A stretch of 64,000 nucleotides of DNA from positions 742,395 to 806,394 of the forward strand of contig NMRA01000040.1 in the NCBI GenBank assembly GCA_002633005.1. Direction: 5' to 3'. The notes under the pieces are model-generated. The model was not told the DNA's origin, did no database searches, and was given only the letters and a program-made list of their open reading frames with translations. The DNA comes from Phoronis australis. Its lineage: Eukaryota > Animalia > Phoronida. Within the stretch, counting starts at the first letter, position 1; each line of letters begins with the position of its first letter. The position numbers and the translations under genes are program-made. Shown here in pieces: positions 38,901 through 50,900 of the stretch.

Positions 38901-41900
38901 CCAAGAATTTTGATCTGGACACAAAAACACACCGAGTTTAGTTTTCAACAATTCAAGGTCAGACAACTCTTCTCAATCTCAGAAGTCACTTCTAATCTTA
39001 ATAAGGTGCCAAAGTTTAACTACACCTGGTCTAATTCCAAGGAATCATTTCAACACTGGGTGGATTGACACTTGATACCCAAACCAGCTGACAACCACTG
39101 TTCGTACTTTCAGTGCTTAAACCAGGACTTGGAATGACCAATGACAAAAATGGAGGAAAAATTTCTAGGTGACTTACTGTTCCACAAATAAATAGGTTTG
39201 TGTGATAGAAATACTTTGTGTTGTAAAATTCAACTGAAATAAAGGATTTTGCGTGAATAAAGTCAAAATCATGATAAAAAAGACGAAAAAAAGAGGAAAC
39301 TGGAAATTAAAGAGGAAATCCTCCTAAAAGAGGAAAAATCCATGCCCCGTTAAACACAGCGACCCACTCACATGAGCTTCGTTAGTTCAGTTCTTTCCAA
39401 GCACCAAAAATGATCTTTAATGATTACGTTAAGGAACGAAGACAAGTTTACAGTGATATGCGGTTCAATTCAAAACCAGCTGTTTCAACATGATAATAAA
39501 TCACAAACAGGTGCAGTGAACTAAATATGTGAGGTGTTATTTTGTCATAAGATTTCGCAATGGATTTGCATTTGAAACGAACTGAAACAGTGACATTAGC
39601 TTGGCATGCTCACCATGTTTAGTCAGGTATTTCATATTTGTACTAATGGCTGCTGTCAGTTTGTCGTAGGCCATGTCAGCATCTGGAGGTGTCTCAAGGG
39701 ACTCGTCTGAAATCAGGAATGAAGGAAGTTACAAACTAGACCAAAGAACCACGACGCATCGGGCAAATAGTGCACGACGTTGAACTCTGACCTCTGGAGA
39801 ACGGTAGGAATCTCACACAGACTTTATGGATTAAATTCTTCAAGCAAATACAATATTCAAATATATCTGATATCAAAGTAAAGATTTTCAAAAGTTCAAA
39901 TTCAGCGATGAAAGAGACAATTAACTAATTACAGAACTTACTGTTCAATGCCAAATACAAAAATTCTTAAATACAGAACTAAAAACGTATGAACAAGTCA
40001 ACTGTTACAGTAATTCCACATACTTGTTGTTTCAGAGAATGACAGATAGGTGGCATTGGTGTTGGACAGAACTCTGGAGTTGAGCCTTGATAACACATGA
40101 TCTTTATCCATCAGGTGGTCCAAGATGTTCATGCTGTTGTGAATTCTGCCCTGTAAACAACAAGACGTAATTCATACCTCTTAAGTTGACAAGTTCTGCT
40201 TTTTGACAAGAAAATTCTTTCTGGTGTAGCCTCTTGAATCATGAATACAGTACATGGCAAAAGTATTCAGTCAAAATGACCTGCCAGTATTTCCCGCCAT
40301 GAAGGATGGGTGGAATCTGATCTGAATTCATTGTGACAGACAAAGTAGTCTTCTCTTCTGGCTACTAATGAAGTGGAATTAACAGGGAGGTTAGAATTAA
40401 AAAGTAGCTAAGACATTACGTAATTAGAATTTTGCCACCATAACAGCTACTACAAATCATTTTTGCTATTAACAGACAGGATTAGCCAACACGATGGGAA
40501 AACGGTTGCCCGATTACGTTCGTCATGAACTGTACTTTTCAGCAGCTTGTCTGATAATACCTCTTGTGGTGAGAACTTTCCCTTGAAAGAGATCTTTTTC
40601 AAATGGCAACACATTATGAAGGTGAATCTCACCATGTCTCTATACCAAATCATCAACACGTTGTAGCAAGGTTTGCTTTCATTAGGTGACGACATGCAGA
40701 ACGTTTCAAACTTTGCATTTCCTCTTGACAGATTTGATAGTACAAAGTTTATTTGTTACGGATGACAAATATGGGGACATGCTTGATTGACTTCAATCAA
40801 AACAAATTTCATCCGATTATTATATAGAACATCTTATGTCAAAGCGATTCTCCAAATCCCTTTTATTTACCAAATATCAGATTCCCCTTTGAACATGACC
40901 TTGGATACCCAGTCGAAAAGGCCCTCAAACAATTTTCTAAGAGCCCAGAGAGAGTACTGGGGAGTATATGGTAGCCTTTCCCCACCTGATAAACGTCCCG
41001 CTGAACACTAGATGTAGCTTGCATAACCGTGGAGACGACACTCTCCTCAAAGTCATTCATGTTGAGCACAGACTTCTTAAGGGGCACACCATTGAGTAGA
41101 GCCTGGGGCAAGTCACCCAGGCCTGTACCCTCAAAGTAGTCATGAGTCTCCTGAAACAGTCACATTAAAATACACTATCCACAAGATGTTCAGTGGGAGA
41201 TGAAAACAATACAGAAGCTCAAACTTTGACATAAGGAGAACAGTGTGTTATTTTAGTAACAACGTTAAGTTTTTGATAGGCCAAAAATCATTCTCAAGGT
41301 GCAAATTATAAAACTGTTAGGGTAATGGACCTTAAGACAAACTTTAAAATATTTTATTGGAATTGAAAAAAATTGAATACTAGATTAGTATTTTAAATTG
41401 CATAGACTTGCAGTGTATGACATAAACTAAAGACCCAACAAAAGTTTCTAAGCTTCAATCTTCTGCTGTGAAAACAATTCCAGCAGCACATGACCACAAA
41501 ATGTCAATAGCCCAAACACTGCCATCAATGTTAAAGGGATTACAACCCTGTGTTCCGTCCAAGAAGCAAACTTTTCATTTAGATCTCTCACTGATATAAA
41601 ATTGTTCTCAATTTGTTCCTTGCTCATATGAGAAGCGATTCATGAGTGTGCGAAAACTGACAGTAGATTCTTCCATGAAACCATGNATTATTATATAGAA
41701 CATCTTATGTCAAAGCGATTCTCCAAATCCCTTTTATTTACCAAATATCAGATTCCCCTTTGAACATGACCTTGGATACCCAGTCGAAAAGGCCCTCAAA
41801 CAATTTTCTAAGAGCCCAGAGAGAGTACTGGGGAGTATATGGTAGCCTTTCCCCACCTGATAAACGTCCCGCTGAACACTAGATGTAGCTTGCATAACCG

Positions 41901-44900
41901 TGGAGACGACACTCTCCTCAAAGTCATTCATGTTCAGCACAGACTTCTTAAGGGGCACACCATTGAGTAGAGCCTGGGGCAAGTCACCCAGGCCTGTACC
42001 CTCAAAGTAGTCATGAGTCTCCTGAAACAAAGTCACATTAAAATACATTATCCATAAGATGTTCAGTGGGAGATGAAAACAATACAGAAGCTCAAACTTT
42101 GACATATAACAGTGAGTTATTTTAGTAACAATGTTAAGTTTTTGATAGGCCAAAAATCATTCTCAAGGTGCAAATTATATAACAGGTTAATGGACCTTAA
42201 GACAAACTTTAAAATATTTTATTGGAATTAAAAAAATTGAATACTAGATTAGTATGACATAAACTAAAGACCCAACAAAAGTTTCTAAGCTTCAATCTTC
42301 TGCTGTGAAAACAATTCCAGCAGCACAAGACCACAAAATGTCAATAGCCCAAACACTGCCATCAATGTTAAAGGGGTTACAACCCTGTGTTCCGTCCAAG
42401 AAGCAATCTTTTCATTTAGATCTCTCACTGCTATAAAATTTTTCTCAATTTGTTCCTTGCTCATATGAGAAGCGATTCATGAGTGTGCGAAAACTGACAG
42501 TAGATTCTTCCATGAAACCATGCTCCGCACTTTAAAACGACACACCACCACAAGCCAACTTGCAGTTCCTTAGTCTCAAACAACTGTTACTGACAGTAAA
42601 TTTTCTTTCAAAGCTTTGAAGTCACCTCCCACTTGACTACGGAACAATTGGAGACCAATTTCAAACGTTGTTTGCGCGTGGAAGGTGGCTTTATATTTGC
42701 TTTAAATAATTTCAACAAAGTAGAGAACTGCTGAAGCTACCAAATGCATTACATAAAGTATTGTACAACCAATTAATAGACTATTGAAGAACAGAAAGTA
42801 CATACCAGCCTGCTCTCATCATATTGTGAACCACTTCCTAGGATGCCGTCAATATTACGTGACGTGATCGTGTTCTTGAACACAAAGACTACGTGCTCAG
42901 GTGTTACATCGTCACTTTTTTCGTAAACCTGGAAGGTAAAAAAAATATTGTGTAGATCCTGATGGAAACGTAGCCATTACTAGTGTTTCAGAAGTTTGCA
43001 CTAAGTATAAAATAATGTCATGAATACATATAGCAGATTTTTTATTCAAGCTAATCAGAATGCAATGTAACAAAAGTTCCATGCAGGATTTGATCCAAGA
43101 AAGTATGACACAGACCATCTTTCATCAATGAAACAAGTTCAACAACAAATGAAATGAAATCAAATTGACTGCTTGATAAACACATTTCATTCACTTCATA
43201 TTAAAAATTTGCCATCTCATTACAGATCAGAGGTTATATTTGATGAAAAAACTGACAAGGTAAATTGAACACCAGTTAACAGAAACTCATCTTCTGCTGA
43301 CCAATATAACAGTACAAAGTATCTCTAGGGCAATGAAGATTGAAGTGGCGCCATTATACAGATGATACAGCAACAATCACCCAATGATTCAAATGTTGTT
43401 TCAGGTCAATTGCAAGCAGATGCTAAATGCTAAAAATTTCACAGTCTTGACTCACATCCGTCAGAAATGAGAGAGCTTTAGCCTCGTCGTAGGAGTCCTC
43501 CACATACTGGAAGGCCCTGTAGAGGGCGACACATGCATCTTGAGTGTAGTCCACATCTTCACCAGCAGAGCAGACCAGCACTAGACCAATCCTTGAACGG
43601 TCAAAAATCAACATGACTGTGAAAGGCACCCCAAAATGTTTTTCTAGTAATTTTTAGGTGACTGTTACTGTACAGTATAGAACGCAAGCCACGCAACAAA
43701 GTTATCCAGAATTTACCCATAATTACATGCTGAGCGCGGCCATGTTGTAGCAGCCATTTTGTAACAGCCATGTGCCACGATAGGAAATGATGGGTATTTA
43801 ATGGAAGTTCTCATTCTAGAATAGCAGGTCATGGTGGGTCATTCTTCATGCATTAAAAGCCATCATGACCATAAACTGTTATGTTGTCCTGGACTGTATG
43901 CGAATAACATAAACTCTAACATTGGACAATGGTAATGGTCTGATAAAACATATGCCAGAATTTTGAGAACCAGTTTTTTCCACTGGCTTACAGGCATCAA
44001 ACTGGTTCTCAAAATATGTGCACATTACATCAGACTACAGCCATGAACACTTAATTTCAAAACAATTGAAAATTTTGGTTATTTGAAATTAAATAATTAT
44101 TTGGTCAATTTAACAGATTCCCGCCACGTGATGTCAATGATGGAACCCAGAAATGGAGTGAAACTTGGCACAATGCAGTGTTGTTCCAATCAGAACAGAG
44201 CTAGAGCATGGCATATGAGGTAACATGTAAAGTGTTGAATGTATAACCAAATGATCAAGGGAAATCAGACATGAACTCAATGCAGGCAGTCGTATTTGTC
44301 ACTTTTAGCAAGTATCCAATACCATGCAGGAACATGATTCTCCACAAGAAAATCGGTGGATCGAGGAATTGAGGTGTGAACTTAAGTCAATAGCATAGAG
44401 ATCAGGAAAGACAACTGAAATGAGATAATATAGGTTCCCTTTTGAAGCATTTTTACATGAAGTGAAAACATCAAAACACCACAAATGTCAATGTACAAAA
44501 AGACTATTAAGTACCTGATGGGAGCACTGTGCACATAGAATGACTCGGCCATTTTTACCAGAGGTATGCTTTGTTTATCGGCTGGATCAACGTACAACAC
44601 CTGTAATATGGAATTACCATGAAACGGGTCACAACACAGTAGAAACGTATCTGGCTATCGGTGTCCACTGTATGTTTGCAGTCTACACAAAATGCTTGCA
44701 AGCTGGCGACCATAACAAAACCATTACACCTCTCACTTACCAGCCACATAACAGAACCTACACTATCCTCAATTTACCAACTATGAGGGTAGTGGTGGTT
44801 GGCTTAAAATTAGCATTAGCCAGGGCAAGACCAGACAACACCAGTTACTATCCTGTATTGGCCAAACGCAATAGGCCAAAAGACTAGCAATAGTCACTTG

Positions 44901-47900
44901 CGGGGTCCTGGATTTTGAGACCCAGTTTTCTGTACTGAATAACAGGCATCAAACTGGTTATTAAAAAACCGGGACCTCGTAATTGACCACAGGTTTATCA
45001 CTATTTATAGTTCATTGCACCCAATGGGGATATCAGTGGACTTGTTGTGGAGTCTATTTTATGGATAGCAAGGCTCAGTTCAGCAACATACAGTGTACCA
45101 CTTGGCTCAAATATCACTTCACTGAGAGAGAATTGCGAGCACTAAAAACACAGTGAGAATTCTAAGCAGCTACCTAGTAAATGCAAGAAGAACTCAGTAC
45201 ATGTAAAGAACAAAAGCAAAAAGTATTCAGTAATTAACTGTTTTATAATTCTGTTGCATCAGGCGAGTCTTAAATAAAACAAGATTTAAAAATTAAATGA
45301 ATTATGAACACTGGAAATTTAGCTATAAAAATTCAAAAATATAACTGTGATTTGACACAATCGAAACAATATAGTCCTTAAAGCAGGGATATGAAAGCAA
45401 GGAAATTTTTGCAGAAGGGAGAGACAGTGTTACTAGTCTTAAATATGGAATCACAAAACACAGTTCTTTGATAGTCACCAATTGAAGAGATAGCCATAAC
45501 TAAAAAAGAAAAAACCACGGACCGAGTCTATGAAACTGAACTTCAGACTAACTGAAACATCGACCAATACTGATCAATTGCGTGAAAAATTTGATTAAAT
45601 GTACAAATTTCAGGCGATGCCATCGGTCAATTCTCGAGTCAAGTCTGAAGTAAAGTTTGGTGGTCTGATCCTATAAATCAACGGATTGCCAAACTCACCA
45701 AATGGAAGAAATTTTTGGCCACATGCCTCAGCATGCCTGGCCAAGTTGGCTGAAGCATATGTTCCACATTGTTGGGCCAACGTCTGTACTTGGCATCATT
45801 CTCCAAATCATTCACCCACTACAAAAAGGAATAATTTAAATGAAATTCCTCAAAATTATGACAGTTCAAAATAAAATGCCTGTACACTGTATTCAAAGAG
45901 TACCAAGATGAACAACGATGAAAAAATATTGTACTAAAACAATTCACAAAATAAAAAGGCTATTTCAAACTAACATCAACGCGTTGTTTTGGGGGAGATG
46001 CGGTCATTATGAAAAGTTAACTTCGGTCCTGAATCACAGTTAACAGCGCCTATTAACTCTGCAGTAAACAGGTGGATTTAATAGTGGAGCGTCGATGATG
46101 CTGTGCAGTGTAAACAGTCAAGTCTTACCGAAATTATCACCAGGGGCCACTGCTCTTGTCAATAATTAAAAGGCAGTGTCGTCGCTAATAGTTGCTTATA
46201 TTTTTCTTGAATAATCAATCAATTAGACACAAGTGTCATGTCAATTAGCACAATCATGTAAATATTCTCAAACTGCACAGGATGCATCAGAGTTACTTTG
46301 CAATTACTTCAATGGAGACATTTGCTAGAGTTTATAATAAACTAGGGGCCCTGTCACCAAAGCAGATCTCATTATGTTCCAGACCATTGTAAAAAGTTTA
46401 ATACACAGACTAGGGGTGAATGGAAACTGGAAAAAACACAACAGCGACACCATCCTTGCAGTTCTCTTTCTTTTGGAGAGTAACAACTGCCTAGTACACT
46501 GTTTGTTTAGTTCTGACACAATTCTGTCCCGGTGTGTCAAAAGTTCCGAGAACGTGGTGAGAACTCGCCTGGCGTTACCTTAAACTTAGACCAATCTTAC
46601 CACAACAGAGTCATGTCTGAAGTCNATCCGAAAACGGCAGGATAGCGTCATCTCACTACTAGGTGCCTACATACCAAATTTCATGAAAATCCGTTCAGGA
46701 CTTTTGAAGATACAAAGGTAAGCGTAAAAAACTAAAATTGCCACTAGGGGGCACACCGGTAGTCGGATCCGTCCGAAAGTTCACACATGCCGTCCCATTC
46801 ATGAATGGAACATATGTGCCAAATTTCATGAACTTATGTCAAAGGGTTTTGGAGATAGAGCAGCGGACGCCGGACGCCAGACGCCGGACGGACGCCGCCC
46901 GGACGGACGGACGGACGGACGGACAGAGATGACGGCATAATGCGTCCACATATAAATATGTGGGCGCATAAAAATGACGAGCAATCTTGTAGAGCCTGAG
47001 CAAAAGCAACAACAAACTTGACACTTCTTTTTAAGCTCTGAAATCACACCTGATTTACTCACAATACGTGGCCAATTTCATAACGATAAGTGGTCTAAAT
47101 AAGACCAGTGAATTGCCGCTTTAACTTCATAATTTCCAGTTTCACTGGTTTATAGAGATGCAACACTTGTAACACAGCCACAGACCTGTATGCCTGTAGC
47201 GTGGAGCCCATCTAACAGTTTGGCCTCAGACCGCATCAAGTCCAGCAGGAGAAACATATCCATCACCTCAAGATCTATCTGTAAACCGTTGACAAACAGG
47301 GCGGACTCGCCAATGCCAATTTCCAGGTTATTTTGAAGGAACTAAAACAGAAAAGAAGGATTAATATTTGGTACATTTGAGTATTTGGTTAACAAGTTTT
47401 CATTGATACGCATTCTATTAACGAAAAGAATGCTCTTAATCCTTTCAAGACACATTAAATTGTGGGTCTTTATTCAGAATACACCCCAAATATAGACCAT
47501 GGACCTACCATTGGAGCCAGAATAATTTTTCATTGTTTTTAAGGTTTCCCCAAAAAGGAGTGTCAACAAGTGTCCATCTAAAACAACATTCAAGTCACTA
47601 CTTTACAGTCAGCCAAATGTTCCATTAGGATAACAAATTACATAATCTCTGGACTTATGCTTAGATAACATGTCAGACATCAAACCCAGTATATGACCCC
47701 TGTACAACACTCACCTTCTGATTTTGTTGAATTTCTTGTTTAACTTTGCTGTTCACCTGCACGTTAACCAATGACCTGTCAGTGACAAATAAACAACATT
47801 GATGACAAATATTGATACAAGACGTTGTGGAACTAGGAGGCAATCACACGGCACAGCGTTAATAGTAAATTACCAGGTCTCGCATTTAGGAACCAGTTTT

Positions 47901-50900
47901 CTCCATTGAATAACAGGCGGAAACTGGTTCTCAAAATGCGAGGCTCCTGTAAGTGATTATGCTGCACAGACTTCCTTCACAGGACTGCTAACACTGTCTA
48001 GTGAACATCAGCAGTCTATTACAAGTTATAACCACAATATTACACTTTCTAGACTACAGATGTCATTATCCAACCCTCGCAACTAACGAGTACACAGAAA
48101 TTGACTATATTTTATGCTAATGAAAACAAATAAATACTCTGGTTGTGCACTCAAGCACTCTATCACATAACACAAATGTGATGCATAGTCTTGTAACGTT
48201 AACTTTAAAAAACCCGTCTCACAGTTGGTAACGGAAACAGAATCCTTTCATGGTAAGGAATACCATGAGACAGACTTTACTAGAATAAGAAGCCAAATTC
48301 AATTTTTATAAATTTTTATCCATCTGAACAGGATAGAATGCAGCTTTAATGCGACCTTTAACACTGCATTAGATGACCTTGATATAAAATACAACGTCTG
48401 AATTTAGAAACTACCTTGTTCGACTGGGAAAGTTTTGGCTGAGATCTGTCAGCACCTTGAGCACATCTTCATGGGGAGACAAGAGGACCCGCTGGGCTGC
48501 TTGGTAACTGAGATCTGTTAAAACGGTAACGTGTATTAGACACACTGAAACAGTAGGACACATACCATCTTTTGCCTACTGAGGTCCCATGTTTCCTTAA
48601 TGTCAACAAGACAAGTGTATCAAAATGGATGAGCACCTGTCCAGTACCTCCATCTAGTGTGCATTCATGGAACCAGCCTCTCCCTTTTGGTGCAATTTAT
48701 CAACTAAGAAATTTCAAAAGAACCTTCCGAATTCAGTCTTCTGAAAATTACATGAATGTGTCAAACCTTCTTGAGCCCAGAAATCGCTACTTCAAGGTAA
48801 ACTTGTTGGTCATTTATGTGTCAACAAGAGGTTTGATTAAAATATATTTTGACATCAAACATTGCCAAACGTAGGTGTTGAGTAATTTGAAGTACCTTGT
48901 AACTGCCAGACTTTCAGTGAAGCTAGCTCAGTACTGCTTTCTACCAAATGGGCTTTAAATTTCGCCAAGTCGTCGACGGAGTCTGGATGCAACTTCCTGA
49001 AAACCAGATAGACTTCGAAATTTATAAAGGACATGATTACACAACAGACATTTAAGTCAAACATTGTGTTGTGAATTACCAAGACCATAAAATTCAACAA
49101 GTTGATTCACATGGATGCAACTTTTAACACGAACCAACAGGTACATTAAAAACAAAAAAGCTTGACGTTCACACACAGGTGTGATGTTGTACAGTAAAGT
49201 TTCTTAAAGATAGAGCACAACATCACGCTGGAACAGTGAAACTAATTTTAGTAAACAGGAAAACTCTACTTCCTTATTTTCATATAGTATATCATACAGC
49301 TGTCATCAACGAACACAAGATGAGAATTTGAGCATTTAACACTACTGTAGTAACAGTGAGCTTTTAAGAAATAAAAAATAACATTTTTGAAAATCACATT
49401 TTTGGAATTTGAGAAAACTTTACAAGTTTAAAATGTCTGAATGAAAATAATTATTCTATAATTTCAGAAAGGAGATCACTAGTCAGTACACCTTTTAAGA
49501 GTCCATTAAAGGGTTAGTAAAAACTCATCAAACCTCAAAACACAACAAGTCAGAAGCCATGAGTTGACTATAACTACCTGAGTGTTGAAAAGACAAATCC
49601 TTGTACGTCTTCATCTTGGTCAGAATCCTCAGCATCCTCTGTTTTGCCACCGTCTGAAATCAAACACGTCATGTGAGTCTAGGGTTATGTTCTGTAGACG
49701 CACGAATTTCTCACGTTCTATGGCACGCTGAACGCATCTTTGCAACAAGACTACTACTTTTGACCTAAAGTGAGCTCAAGATGCACCTTGTTTTGCTAAA
49801 ACAAAATACTCCAAACATGAAATTATTAATAACACAGACTTGAGATAGGCATCGACAGAAGAAAGTTTATTTTTTTACGTTGGCCTACCAACCACCTAGT
49901 GTTTTTCAATTCAGATTTTTTTTAAAAAATATTATTTGTAAAATTTCAGCTTCTCGAAACTTCAAATTTCTCCAAAGAATTATACCGAGCTTCTCAAATT
50001 TCCCTTAAGTTTTTAAAAGTTCAGACTTTTGTAAGACAAATATTAAAACTAGTCTTCACAGGAAGTTTACTTAAGGCATAATACGTCATGAAATCCAGTA
50101 ATCCACATTACTTTAAAGTCTCATCATCTGGATAAATTTGACAGCTATGGACGTCAAGTGCATTGCTCAATAACGGCAATGTGACACATAATAGTGTGAA
50201 GTCATTGCTGTTATCCAGTGAATACCTTCACGCGACCAGGCCCAGGTGTATATCACCCACCTTCGACTTTAGTGTCATCCTTTGCCTTGTACTCTGTGCT
50301 CTTGATAGCCAGCTCAACCCCGTAGCCTGATAGTCGCACCTTGTCATCAACTGGTGTCTGAATAAGCAAGGAGTTGATACAGGGTGCTTCAGCACTGAGA
50401 TAAATATGATTTTTAAGTACGTAGTCAGAGTAGGTTTGCTTTAGACTCACGTAAGCTAATGACATTCAGAAACAAAACATTAGAAATTTAGAATAAAGTA
50501 ATAGATTAGAGAAAAAGAAATTAACTCCAGAAAATTAGGTTTTGAGTATGTTGTGTACTAATTTCTCAGGTGGCTGTCCCAATGATAATTTAAATAAATG
50601 GTGCAAGTATTTCATGGATAACAATTCATAAACAAACATCAACTAAACAATGCACTAACTTTAAGATAATCAAGTTGTGAACCACTGAGCTGGCTCGTTT
50701 TGTGTAGTCTAAACACTGAGCTGGCTCGTTTTGTGTAGTCTAAACACTGAGCTGGCTCGTTTTGTGTAGTCTAAACACTGAGCTTTGATACATTCCAGCA
50801 AGAAGAGTAAAATTGTGAAACTGAATTCTCTACTAAGAATGAAAACATGAAGTTACATCAGTATAAAAACACAGCACATAGAACAGGGTTTTTTTGTTTT

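Noticed and set aside
50683-50784. 31-bp repeat as a CRISPR array
   Set aside because: The units are contiguous with no spacers, there are no cas genes, and it lies in a eukaryotic intron.
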